A stretch of 64,000 nt of DNA, taken from the NCBI GenBank assembly GCA_040954595.2, contig CM082577.2, forward strand, positions 17,830,303-17,894,302, written 5' to 3'. The stretch is from Balanoglossus misakiensis (taxonomy: Eukaryota > Animalia > Hemichordata). The position numbers and the translations under genes are program-made. The notes under the pieces were generated by a model. The model worked only from the letters and a program-made list of their open reading frames with translations, had not been told where the DNA came from and ran no database searches. Positions 39,901 to 52,400 of the stretch are shown piece after piece. Numbering within the stretch: the stretch's first letter is position 1; each line of letters opens with the position of its first letter.

Positions 39901-40799
39901 TCTTTACTATGCATCATGGTGTGGTTACTGCCTGAGATTCCATCAAATATACCTGAGTGTGGCACAAGTTTTCCATTCATCTCATCATCTTACAATAGCA
40001 AGGTAAGTTTCTCAGAAACTGAAAGGAAAGAATGTAGATGCCATAATTTAGTTTAAGTGAACTCATGGCAGTCTACGTTGGTGGCTGAACTTTTACTTAT
40101 GCCCATATATGGCTGAAATGGCGTCTTTGAGCGTTTTAAAGAACATATGGTGGTGCTCTTTTTTCGCGTGTACCACCCACTGAAAATCTATGATTGGCTA
40201 GATCCCAATTTGCCATGGTAACTTTAGCTAAATTTGCATAGGTGACCATATACCTTAGGCTTAAAGACCCAAATTAACACCTTCATGTTCACAATTTTTC
40301 TGTCTTGAGTACTGAGTTCAAGAATTGAACATCTCTGACTCAGCAAAGACTTTGTTTATGTCATCTTGTTTATTGTTTCAACCCTACACCATGCTAAACT
40401 GTCAACAAGCTTTTCAACACTTGTGACTATAAGCAAATACTGTACTAGCTCTGATCCAAAGATGATATCAATAGAAGGAGCTGTCTTATTTGCTATTGCA
40501 TTTGCACCATTAGACATTGACACTTTAACACTTTCTCTGCATGTATATCAAATAAACACATTACATCCACAATGAAAATAATGTTAAAACAGCATTGCCA
40601 TTTTTTCTATGTCAACAGGATCAATGGTGACATCAATGATTTGCCCGTGGAGTTCACAGTGACTATGTATCCAACAATTCTGTTTTATCCAGCTGGTCAC
40701 AAATCTTGGACTGCTAAATTCCCACAGAATGAAGAGATGACTGTTGAAAATCTCAGCCTGTTTATATTAGAAAATGCTGTCAAACCCGTTGACTTTTGA
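24908..40799 (+). CDS. TXNDC11: Thioredoxin domain-containing protein 11 (about 755 aa)
   Basis: Exons 24908-25026, 26394-26607, 27626-27853, 28286-28492, 31662-31859, 32634-33437, 36443-36646, 39890-40002 and 40619-40799 (2268 nt, GT-AG, in frame). N-terminal hydrophobic anchor MAQHPELVSVLLISVFMFF; motifs YYAPWDGSS, FLAVNCWWPKGSCRK, EVALEYYSC, FTGLACQTNRTVNFF and DVLLLYYASWCGYC...NDLPVEFTVTMYPTILFYPA, all characteristic of TXNDC11. Confidence 0.92.
25437..25790 (+). mobile_element. Old Kolobok-like family C, unsplit copy
   Basis: Aligns by eye to 57317-57496 plus 58806-58928, to 59510-59773, and in reverse to about 36697-37028. The family terminus is TTAA-AGCCCCAA(G/T)AGCTGCC. Confidence 0.7.
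26643..26833. mobile_element. Palindromic MITE near the TXNDC11 exon-2 donor
   Basis: TGTGGTGTAGGTGTAGCGCCACCAGTGGCAGGAATTGGAACAA pairs with TTGTTCCCATTTCTGCCACTGGTGGCGCTACATCCACACCACA. Confidence 0.75.
28621..29021 (+). mobile_element. Family F: hairpin-headed element with asymmetric inverted repeats (Crypton-like, tentative)
   Basis: A ~130-bp palindromic head, then ATTATATTACCA (28789-28800) pairing with terminal TGGTAATATAAT (29010-29021); second fragment at 20336-20430. Confidence 0.65.
29022..29684 (+). mobile_element. Family G: hairpin-headed element with asymmetric inverted repeats (Crypton-like, tentative)
   Basis: Head 29022-29061 pairs with 29126-29165; TATTATTATACACCT (29163-29177) pairs with AGGTGTATAATAATA (29670-29684). 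Confidence 0.7.
29693..30901. mobile_element. Family H non-autonomous TIR element (Mutator-like TSD length)
   Basis: TIR AAGGTGGTG(A/T)GTGTCA; flanking direct repeat AGTCTATAT on both sides (7, 9 or 11 bp depending on the boundary chosen); CpG-rich interior. Confidence 0.8.
31208..31378. mobile_element. Diverged copy of the 1711-1882 MITE
   Basis: TTTTCATAAGTCT...CATGAATTTGAACTCAA...GAGGGCGCTAGACTCATGAAAAGG. Confidence 0.7.
34487..36055 (+). mobile_element. Two tandem Helentron/DINE-like family E elements (short 34487-34726, long 34727-36055)
   Basis: Each starts TTAGGTCCCATT...CCATGGGACC (subTIR plus inverted copy), carries (TCTG)/(TATG)/(GGAT) microsatellites and ends AATGGGACCA...GTGTCCTTGACGC(G/T)ATTTT. 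Confidence 0.8.
36697..37028 (-). mobile_element. Diverged family C copy
   Basis: CCCCAATAGCTGGCA...AGTGGCAGCTATTGGGGCTTTAA; the interior resembles the reverse complement of the other C copies. Confidence 0.6.
37887..38328. mobile_element. Kolobok-like MITE
   Basis: TIR GGATGTACGT...ACGTACATCC with TTAA flanks; internal ~45-bp tandem duplication at about 38113-38204. Confidence 0.8.
38333..39477. mobile_element. Kolobok-like element sharing a TTAA with the preceding one
   Basis: TIR AG(A/T)GGAACG; TTAA at 38329-38332 and 39478-39481; CpG-rich; decayed minus-strand coding remnant. Confidence 0.7.
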
Positions 40800-40805
40800 T
40801 CATTT

Positions 40806-42627
40806 CAGTCAGATCGCACGGTGCTCATTTGCATATGAAAGTTCGTCAAGCCAGCGACCGTTAATTTTCAAACAGACGGCAATAGGCCAGTTTTCAAGGT
40901 GATTTTCAACTTGATTTTTACACTCCGTGGTACAATAAAATACCATGCTAGCTCGATAAATTTCGAAAGTGATTCCTATTTTGCACTGCAGACGTAAATT
41001 TTATGAGAATCTGTCGGTAATAGTAGTAGTTTTTAGCGTGTTTTCGGTGGTATGTTGGTGACCTCGGAAGAGACGTCCACAAACGTGCCAAAAATCATTT
41101 GAAGACGACCTCGGAAGTTAACCAAGTTTTCGTGACAGATAGGTCTAATATCGGTCCCAACATCCGTGAAAAGAAATTAACTCGAAATGCTTGTGTAACG
41201 GTCAGCTTAAAAATAATCGATGTAGTTCGACGATATGACCCGGAAGTATAGGCCCTACGTTGACCTCTCCATGTTAGGCTTGTAAATACGGAAGTGTTGC
41301 GTTGCTCGTGAAACGACACGTTTATCGTGAGGAAAACAGTTTCTAAAAGACACTTGTCAAGTAAAAGTTACTGGATAGTGTATAACACTCTAAGGTAACA
41401 TATCAGCCAAGTTTTAACTTAATTACTGGCCTGATTTCGACACAACATCGATCAATCGCACGAGTGCCGCGCCCGGGTGCTCCACACCGTTCGCCTACAT
41501 TGGGCTACAAACAAATATTTGATTACCCATGCACAGAATGCCAGGTTTACCGTTCGTGAGGAGCTCAGCTGACGTATTTTGTATATATTTTTTTCTCCGC
41601 ATCGTGGGATATAAGTAGACTTTTCGAAAATGCCAAGTGTAACTTCGAAACCACTTCCCTTTATTCGCCGATGATATATGCAATAAATACAACATTTGTG
41701 TCTGAAGGCGAGCGATTTGTCATCATTGCATTGGGTCGATAAATAATAATAATAGTAATTTATTTATTAAACAGTGTTCAAAATACTACTACAAAATACA
41801 GGATAAAGAGTTAAAAATACAACAAAATACAGAAGAAATTGTCAACTCAGACAACTAAAATAAAACAGTCAACTGCAACACCACCACCACAAAAATCAGT
41901 CTTCATCAATCTGAAAGAACAATAAAATTAAAAAAAGTGAGTTTCCTTGACGGGCAAACCTTCATAAAATAATTGTTAGGGTTTAGTAAAACTCGGGATT
42001 ACATATCAGCAATCAAAATTTCTTCGCACGAGAGAGGAGGGAAAACTACGCAGCTGGTACAACCCAGGATCAAGCCTGCGCCAGCGTATATACGTACACA
42101 TGCATGCTGTCTTCTCCCGCCATTTTGCAGAAGAAGTGGCGCTCACGGGTTGAAAAGTAAACAAAATGGCGCTCACAGGTTGAAAGGTAAACAAAATTGA
42201 ACTGGTCATATCGTCACTATCAAAGCTTGGAAGTGAATGAAAACTCAAAGAGAGGGAGTTTGATGTCTATATTTTGATAAAAGTTTGAAATTTCGTGGTA
42301 AAATCCATGTGTAACGGTCAGCTTAAAAATAATCGAGAGGATGTCAACGCTATGTGTTTTTTCACAGTCGTCAGAAATTTCGTGATTACAAAGAAACTAC
42401 TCGACAGAAGTTGCCAAAATCATTCAGTAACAATCCAGTATACCTACCTTCAAGTGAATCCACGGTTTTGTCTTAAAATAATCCACATCGCCTGAAAACA
42501 GCTCTATAATATCGAGTAAAAAAATGGCCTATTTCGCGACCCTTCAGCGGGGCCCACTCTAACGGCTACATGGTTTGAAGTACTTTCTTCATTTGCATAT
42601 GTTAATGAATGCCGTGCGATCTGACTG
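40806..42627. mobile_element. Non-autonomous TIR element (Sola-like) in the TXNDC11 3' UTR
   Basis: 16-bp perfect TIR CAGTCAGATCGCACGG; 4-bp TSD ATTT (40802-40805, 42628-42631). Confidence 0.85.
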
Positions 42628-43050
42628 ATTTGATTAAAATGGTCCAAGAGTATGCCAAACTGTGCAGGAAGTCAGAGATATCCAAAGTGTTAAGATGGTG
42701 GTACATGTTAGTCGTATTTCTAATCAAAGACAACTTGAGAACTCAACAAACCATTATTGTGATCGGTATGAATATGTGAACTTTACTTTGATGTCATTAC
42801 TTTACATGAAGTTGTACACTGAATGTATTTATAATTCAAATTGTCTATTTTTTGCTATTATGTCATTCAAAATAAGTTATCTTTTTTTTGCTATTATGTC
42901 ATTCAAAATAAGTTATCTTTGAAAGTGGAGGCTGCTTTTTGAAAGTTGATTTCTCATTCACGACAAGACATATTTCATTTGCATAATACATATTCATTTT
43001 TTAAAAACTAAAATGGATGAAAATCACATGGAGCCAATTTCAGTTAAATA

Positions 43051-44385
43051 AAAATCGCGTCAAGGACACGGTGGTCCCATTGAGTTATTACACAAGAAAA
43101 AGTCTACACCGGAGTACATGGCCATATACAGACAGACAGACAGACAGACAGACACATAGCGAGAGATCAATGGGCAAGCACTGACTGACCCATAAGCTGC
43201 CAATGGCATATGTACTGTACATACACTAAATAGAACAGCTGGCCTCTTTAAAACTTAGCCAGTTATGTAATCATTCAGGAATTTGCTGTGTAAATCAATC
43301 ACAGGAGGGGACTTCCTGCCTAATTAACCCTCAAAACGCCGCGTCGGTGTATAGACCGACAGGTACGTCTGCATTGTCTGGCCATGTCGGTGTATACAAC
43401 GACAACGTACAGTTGTCAATCACATGAAAATAGGCGAGGCTTATCTGTAGTTCGTGCCATATATGGTAAAAATAATGACGTACTCGGGTCGTAGATGAAT
43501 GAAACTCATTATAAATTAATTTATTCTGGGCGGGAAATGATGTCAGTCGAACGTTCCGGAGAAAAACGATTGTGTTATCGACATGACCTAATTACGTGAC
43601 CTTTGACAGTATGCGTCCTTCCTTCACTTTGTAAACCCGGAAGACAGCAAATTTTTCACTGGACATTTTCATGACAGCGACTTCAACAATGATTACGATT
43701 TTTTGGGGTTTCATTGACTACAATTTTATACCGATCAAGGCCATTAGCAATCCCGACCGTGACAACGACTTTGGAGCCGATGTCGAGAGCGGGTGGTCGC
43801 GCGCGATCTCGGGACCCAGCCAACTGCATTGAGCTGTGGACGCGATGTACGCGCACGGTCGCGGTCAGTCGAACGCGCGCGACCGTGTTTCCGACAGTGT
43901 GTCTACATACTTATATTTATACCTTTGTATCTTAAAATGTCACTCGTTTTGTTTGAAATTCTGTGAAGTTAGAGCAAAATATTTTGGGACATCGAGATTT
44001 TGTTGTTACTTGCAAAAAGTCCTGGGCCTGGGGGGCCGTTTACCTTAGAATTTTAAAGCACTTTGAGGGTTAAAACAACTCAATAAAGTAAATACACACC
44101 ACTTTGCAAAGCGATCTGACCAGTAGTTCTTGAGTTACTGAGTTTTGACCAAATTAACATATTTCCAGCTAATTTGCATATTTTTGGCAATGACAACTTC
44201 ATTTGAACAAACTCCCATCTACAGCCCAGCCTGCATCTGCACACCAAATATCAAGGTGATACACGCAGCGGTTTTCAAGTTTTTGATGTGGATGGACATA
44301 CAGACATGCATCCATCCATCCATACATACATACAGACGCAACCGATCCCATAAGGTCCCATGGTATATACCAATGGGACCTAAAA
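43051..44385 (-). mobile_element. Family E Helentron-like element interrupted by a piggyBac-like insertion
   Basis: Both ends are reverse complements of the 34487-34726 and 34727 element ends. Confidence 0.8.
43328..44069 (+). mobile_element. piggyBac-like non-autonomous family B, copy 1
   Basis: TTAA-CCCTCAAA...TTTGAGGG-TTAA; second copy inverted at 57497-58805. Confidence 0.88.
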
Positions 44386-44398
44386 ATTATTTCCATGA

Positions 44399-44944
44399 CC
44401 TTAATAACATAAAAAGTCAACCAAAATCTGATGACCAGAAATGTGTAATTTTTAAGGTTTTACCCAAGATGGCTGCCGCATACTTAATTTTCCATATATT
44501 AGAATATTCTAATTTTCTTGTTTTTAAAATATATTGTATATCAATGAGATTTTAATACAAATATAGAGTAAAATTGGGTGTTCCTATGCAACTTTTTTTC
44601 AATAAGATGGTCTAAAACTTTGTGAACAATGCTGAGTCATGGGTCATTGTGTGAGTGAGATCACAGAAAAAGTGGTTGGAAAACCTGTTTAAAGGATCTC
44701 ATTCAAATGGAAAGGCCTGGTAAAACTCGTTACAGATGAGTTTACCTTCAAATTAGCCCATGATCAAACCATCGACTCTACACTTTGACTAGTTGTGTCG
44801 AGAACTGGAATATATATATGTATTATATATATTTTAAAAACAAGAAAATTAGAATATTCTAAAATATGGAAAATTAAGTATGCGGCAGCCATCTTACACA
44901 TATTCCGGTCATCAGATTTTGGTAGACTTTTTATGTTATTAAGG
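44399..44944. repeat. Inverted-repeat (foldback/MITE-like) element
   Basis: 44399-44535 pairs with about 44828-44944 (CCTTAATAACATAAAAAGTC...AAGATGGCTGCCGCATACTTAATTTTCCATAT...). Confidence 0.75.
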
Positions 44945-45147
44945 AGATTCAATACTTCAGAAAACCGTTGAGAAACCTTTTGTTGCAATTTTTTTAGGGG
45001 TAAATGTATTAAGTTTTATATCAAAAGTGCAGCCGCCTACAGAATAAAAAATCAACTTGTTTGGCAGTGAGAAAGTTAATTGCCCAAATGACCATGTGAA
45101 CTGATGTGAACTGTAACGTAACCAATAATTAATAAAGTTGCAGTTAA

Positions 45148-45473
45148 AGGCCAATGATCGTCTTATGCGCATGTGCATAATTTTGTGTGTACAAACATTA
45201 TGTTCAATCCAAACGTTTTGCAAATTTTGCGTTTAACACATTCAAATAGTGGACTGCAACCACTTCCTTCCATATGCCCCTTCTGTTCACCCCATTTGCT
45301 GTCTTTTTCCCAATCTCTGGCACAGACTGTGGTACGGTCACCACCATCTTGTCTGTTGTTGGGACAACACACTGCCTTATGGCATCGACTGTATACTTAT
45401 TGCATTGACTGTATACAATTGTTGTAACCAGAGTCTCTGATTTGGCACATGCACATAAGACGATCATCGCCCT
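45148..45473. mobile_element. Kolobok-like MITE
   Basis: Imperfect TIR AGGCCAATGATCGTCTTATGCGCATGTGC with TTAA flanks; relatives at 62811-63021 and about 53497-53660. Confidence 0.75.
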
Positions 45474-46492
45474 TTAAATGATAATAATGGATAAAGTTTA
45501 GGCTAAATAAGTGATTCTGTGGAGAGAAGCATAATGATGAGACATGCAGATGAACGATTTTAAAGAAACAATTGTGAAAGATTATACTTATTTTGTAAGA
45601 AAATAAAATATTTTGATCATTTTGATTGTCGACAGATACTAGTATTTTAAAAATTCTATTGAACAATTACATGCAAAAATCGCACTTGCGGTATGAACTA
45701 GCCACTATTCCTGTATAAAGAGAAAAGAATGTAATGTACAGTGCCATTTCAAATCAATAGATTGTGTCCAGGTTGTGTAAATATTTCAAGTTACTTTAAT
45801 CAAATATGATGACTGACATGTCATACAGTATTTGTCTATTAAAAACAACCCTTATAATAAAATGCTATCATTAAATGTTAGAAAACTGCAATATTTTGTA
45901 TGGTTTAAAATACATGACTGATCATTTAGTTTCAAATTTTGTTCATACAATGACCAAACTTAGTGTTTCCTCAGACACTGTTTCATGTACAAATTTCCAA
46001 CAGCATATGAAAAGCAAACTGTCATACAAAGTGTGCCTTGGATTTTGAAAAAAAAACTCCTACGTCAATTTATATGATATGATAACTGCCAGGATTACCC
46101 TGTTGTCTGTAGTATACAAATTTAAGCTAGATAAAAAAATCTTAGTCACATTCTTTAGATCATGTCATTTGTTGTTAGCATAGCTTTGAGCACAACTGGG
46201 TGGGTGCATGCTGACACTTCATTAATTAGAAAACTGAACTATTTTCGACACGTTATCATTGTACAGGACAAAAAATTGACTCGAAAAAATGTAGGCAATG
46301 ATAAATCATGTTACCTATTGATGGAAATATACAGGGAATGCAGCAAAGTAAACATTAATTATGTACATCTTCTGTTTCCACAGTGACAGGCTTGGATTGT
46401 TACTAACAATTTCGTAAATTTCACAAAACACATCGTTAGAACAACAGTCACAGAAACTGATCTTCGATTTTTGAAAAATTGAGCGAACAGTT

Positions 46493-49400
46493 TCATAGAA
46501 CACAGGCTGACATCAAACATCGTGGGGTTTTCATGGCACTGATCATAGTCCATTTGTCTTCAATAGTATTGTACACCTCAGCACTGTTCAACACTACACG
46601 GGCACCACCATCATCACTGGAGTACGATTTTCCTGTAATAAAAAAGAGACCAATAATATCTAGAGTGATTTTAACAGACCTGATGAGTTGCTACAGGGTA
46701 TTCCATGGTAGTGACTTCTGTATTGTTTGTTATACATGTAAGCGTGACCTCACCCATTACTTTTCGCTGTAGTGCCGCTAACATTGGCAAGGAACTCAAG
46801 AAAAGACCATTTTCAAAAAATAGCGTCAAGGACACTGTGGTCCCATTTGAGGATTATGCGGAAACAGTGACACACCAGAAGAAAAATTACAGGTGACATT
46901 GCAAGCAGATATGATCTTACCATATAGAAATATGGAATGTAAAAAAAATTAACAAGGAACATGCCCAATAAACTGTCATGTGTCATGGCAGTCTTACAAG
47001 TGGTGCTAGAAAATAAAATTGACCAAAAATTGTCTGTACAAACACATATGAGAAGCAACTTCTTTCAGTCAGCCCTGGAACAGACACACAGACAGACAGA
47101 CACTGACCTGCCACTGGTAATTAAAAATTTAATAGCTAGTGGTCTCTGTAACAGCTGGCCTATTAAAGTTATGTAATCATGTTTTAGTTCGGGGTAACAA
47201 CTCCTTGTAAATAGTAACTTTAAAAACAACTGGACAATTGGTTTAGGAGAAGATTTGCTAACCAAAAACAAAGAAACTTACAAAAAAACTCGCTAAATAT
47301 TGAATATTTCTGATATCAGAATTGAATAAAAGTTGCAGATATACATGTATGTGTTATGAAATTACATCCTAAATTTCAAAGCAATCAGAGAAAAAACAAA
47401 TTTCAAAGCAATCCAACAAGCAGTTTTACAGCAAATAGTTGTTCAAAAGTGGCAAAAACACAAATATGCAAATATCACCAAAATTGTACAATATCTTACA
47501 TCAATCACTACAAGGAACATGCCTGCCAAAGTTCAATGCAATATGACAAGCGGTTTCAGAGAAAACAATTTTTGACAAAAATTGCAAAAGTTTCCCCGAT
47601 AACACATTTATGCAAATATCACATTTTTTTACAACATATTACTTAGGTTACCCCTACGAACATGCCTACCAAATTGCAAAGCAATCTGGCATGCGGTTTT
47701 AAAGAAAAAAAATTTTGACCAAAAATAGCAAATATTGCTCAAAATTATAAATATGCAAATTTTGCAACAATTTGAACAAAACTATGGTTACTCAGACAAC
47801 CATTAGGAAGCTTCATACTAAATTTCAAAGAAGTAAGCCCATCACTTTCAGAAATGAAGACTTTTTACCATGGAAAAATACAAAAAAATTGTATAAAAAA
47901 TAGGAAATCAATAATAATAGCTCAAAACATACAGGACTGTACGAGGTTGACATAAGGTACATGCATACCAATTTTCAAATCAATATGACCAGTGGTTGTT
48001 GAGTTTTTGAGTTTTGACCAATTTCACATTTTCCCAGCTAATTTGCATAATTTTGGCAATGACAACTTCATTTGAACAAACTCCCATCTACAGCCCTGCC
48101 TGCATCTACACAACAAATATCGAGGTCATACGCGCAGCGGTTTTCAAGTTTTTGATGTGGACGGACATACATCCATCCATCCATCCATCCATACAGACGC
48201 AACCAATCCCATAAGGTCCCATGGTATATACCAATGGGACCTAAAAATCAGTCTAAAAATTTTGCAATCGGTTGGCAACCTCCAAACTTGGCAGAAATAT
48301 TGTTTAGAACCCAGGTACACATTCATCTAAGTTCAAAATGTTTGCATGGTCAACAAAATCAAAATGCATGTCTTTGAAATAAACTGTACTCAAACAGGAA
48401 AATGGATGCTGTAACAAATTGGAGTCACAACTTTAGAATACTGAACAGTTGACAGTCATGCATTTCATTGGAACTACTGAATTATGGCAAAAGGATAGAG
48501 AAGTGGGGGCGGGGTGCAACTAAAGACAGGTATTCCCATATGTATCGACAAGGCCATCATAAAAACTTAAGGATATTTTTTCTCATTAAACTCTTAAAAC
48601 ATGGCACTAATGGTTCTAGTGATGTAAAATAAAAGTCACAATGAAAATTTCATCCCCGCAGAGCTGAAACCAACGTTTCCAGTTATAGGAACTTGAAGTG
48701 ACTGCCTTATTTCGCAAAAATTACCAGTAAAGTCCTCAAATAATCACGAAATGTCCTAGAAAGATGCACAATACAATCAACAAACAAACTTGAAAATACA
48801 GATACCAAACTCAGCAAAGGAGACGGTAACAAGTATCATGTCTGGTATATCATTGCCTTTCAACGTCCAGCGAAACACGCACATTAACAGTGGACATACG
48901 TCACACCTCAAAACTTAGAATAAGCTTAGGCGTTGCACGACCACTTGTGGAGTGACTGTGTTTTATGACTATAGACTACATGTAGCACGTCTGAGTGGGT
49001 TTGGGACATGATATGTGTAGTTGTTGATTACAAAAACTGCCAATGTACGTAACGGTATGCATAGGCAATTACATAATATCAGCGAGATACAATTCAAAAT
49101 ACCTACCTCCAATAGCATAAATTAGTTTATTACATGTTGCAACCCCCAAGAAAGAACGTGGTTTATGCATACTAGAAACATAGGTCCAAGTATCTGACTC
49201 AGGGTGATACTTTTCAACTGTTCTTTGCCTTGTGGTATTACTTCCTCCTCCGATTGCATATATATATCCATCTGTGGAAAAAATAGCATAAAAAAATGTG
49301 ATCCTATTTGATCAGAATGTGAACTTAGACTCTATGGCAGTCGCTGTGCCTGTCGATAAGGAATGGAACTTTCATACTGCGTACAACACGCCGCCAGACA

Positions 49401-52400
49401 AAGCAACTGAAAATTTCTGTACACATATACATGTATTTGATTCATTTGAATATTCATGAGTAACGCTAGGGGGTTTATACGTGGTATTTACGCTTATAGC
49501 CATGTTGATGCGACGTTGATTGACAGACATATGAGGTTCGAATGTTCTCTGCGCTTACCAAAATCTTGTAATACCACTTGAGGGCGTTTACAGTATTGGC
49601 AAGACTGTGTGATTAGTTGACATCAGTTTCACACAGTCTTGGAACAAGACTAATCTGAGCCATATACCGGTACTTCATCAGTTCTATTTCAATATCAACA
49701 CAAACCCAATCTACACATAACTAATGCAAGGTCACTGAGTGACTTAGTGCCTTTACATTAGATATATATTTGATGGTGTAATATTTTGATGAATAAAATC
49801 TGATGGAGAACATTTATAAGAATCTGCAAACCAAAAGTCAAGCCAATCGATGAGCAGTTTCTTATAAAGTGAATATTGCCCCACCTACCGCTTGCAAATC
49901 TGAACACAAGAGTTGATGTTAAACAATAATCTCTTTCCAAATCACTGAATTACATAATTTATGTAATTGATTTCTATAATATTCAATTCCATTCATAAGA
50001 TTCTCCTTGCGCCTTTTGAAGTGGTCCATCGGCTCTTCTTTCAAACACCACTTCTTCTTAATTAAGACCTCAGACACTTCAAATGACAACTTGCCTGTGT
50101 GACATTGGCTTAGCAAATGTCATAAAAGCTCACCTTTTCATGTTTGAGCTGTATGTATTTCCAGTGTTGCTAACCACATTATAAATGTGAGACAAGTAAT
50201 ATACATGGAGTATATATAAGTCTGCAAGTTTTTTCTCCATAAAATGAGATATAACTGCGATGATAAAATGCCTGTGAGACATGCTCATCCACAGCAACCA
50301 GTGAATGAGGTAATTGCACCGTAACCATCCCCCATCCCTTAAGATGAGTATGAAGCATTATAAGTCATCTATGGTATGAAAGAACATGTTCAGGCCCAAT
50401 ATAATTCTAGTGCTGACCAGGATAAAAAGTGGTCACTAAAAATTCAATGGACTTGTCCACCATCATCATTTTTGTTTGCTTCAGTCTGAGTCAATACACT
50501 TTGTTACTACCTCAGTTCGTCAGCCAGACGGAGACATACTCGATCATGCATCCAAGGGGAGGTCAAATTGTAACAGCAGTCAAAATACTGGAATAATTAA
50601 TCTATTATTATAAAATTATGAATATTGCAATAAACACAATATTAGATATAATATTTCTATGGAAGTTTTACAAGAACAGGGATGAACTAGACCATACTAA
50701 CCAATTTCTGCTACCCCTAATCCAAGCCGTGGTGTGTTCATACTTGTCTTCTCCGACCAACAATCTTCATCAGGGTCATACATAAACACTGATGACTTCA
50801 CTTCCTGTCTGTGATTGCCAATGTGCACAGACACATCATTTCCTCCTATCACATAAAGTCTTCTATGCACAACAATGGCATTGTGATTAAACCTGAATGA
50901 AACATTTGAAATCGCATCAGAAACACTGCTGCTATCTCAGCAGAATTGTTACTTTAACCCTTTCACCACCATGGTTCAGTCCAAACACATTGTTTACAAT
51001 GGTACCGGGGTTTTCTGAGAGTTCGCCCAGGGCCGTTATACAGAAAGTGGCTACATTGTATGGTGCACATGTAGAGCTAATTAACCACACAGGGCCGTTA
51101 ATCGACAGGAATATTTATCTACCATTAATAGCTAAATGTAGAAGTTTATTTTAGTTGACTGCACTCATTGAAATGATGATAACTAAAGGGTACAGTGTTG
51201 TGAAACACTATTTCTTGAACGTGTTTTTCTTTTCCAACAGTTTCCCACTGCACACACCGCTGACAATTTCACTTGCACCTACAACCGACAAAATGTAATG
51301 ATTTTTTTCAGGAACATGCGGCCTTGGGTAATAAACTGCTACAGTTGACGGTGCGTTCTTCTGGCCCATTCCACTTACATAAGTTTAGTACAGTTGATAG
51401 GGAGGTATGATCATAAGCACTGCACCAAAAATTTGAGATGCCTTATGTTAACCTTTTTAAGCTTCTTACTACTCCTTGACGCTTTCCTTGACCTTTTTCA
51501 GTGGATTGGTCAAAGTGAAATGCCAATGACCAAGTCCAAAGTGAAACAGTAGTTCTAAATAACGGCCCACTCCCCAAATAACCGCTCGTGGGCACCCTTT
51601 CGGGTGGGCGAACTCTCAGTAAACCCCGGTAAGGTTGGACCTCTAAAGAGGGAACTGGGGTGAACGTGTTAAAGTGTAAGATTCACTCATACTGATCAAC
51701 CTACAAAGGGGCCTCAGCATTTAGATATCTTCACAATTTTATATGAGATCACAGATGAATGATATTTGTGATAATGAAAAAATTCCCAAAAGTGAACATT
51801 TTTTATACACGTAAAAATAATACTCAAGGATCCTACAAACGAAATTTTAACATTTAACCTTCAACCAGATAATGGTTTCAAAAGAGTATGATGAGAAATA
51901 TCATCAATTTTTCATCTTTCTATAGAATTACAACAAATTACGGGATTGATATAGAAACGGGGGCTATGCTGTATCCACAAATCCATTTCATTTTGAGACA
52001 TTCATTTGGGGTTTGTTTCTGGATATCATCATGAGATGTTTGCAAACTGGCAATCACAGATGCTTCCCTTATTGATAGATAAAAAGAACATTACAATTAA
52101 CAAACAAGGAGACATAGCACCCCATGATGTTGAAACTACTTGAATCAAATATCACTGAATACCAGTAGAATAAAACGTAAATGCAAATGGGAGCCCAGAC
52201 AGACATACATAAAGAACAGACTGTTTTATGTTTTCATTTTAGCAATATCAAACTGAAATCAGTACACAAAGTCATACACACAAGAGAACTTACCTTAACT
52301 CTGGCAGACTTGGGAGTTTAGACCATTGCTCATTCTCAAAGTCTACTTTTAATACACTCTTAGTAGATGAAGTACCTGTTGGTTCCTTTCCTCCACATAC

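Noticed and set aside
49758-50140. Coding-looking minus-strand stretch in a Kelch intron
   Set aside because: It contains stops, is not needed for the Kelch reading frame, and I could not recognise a family.
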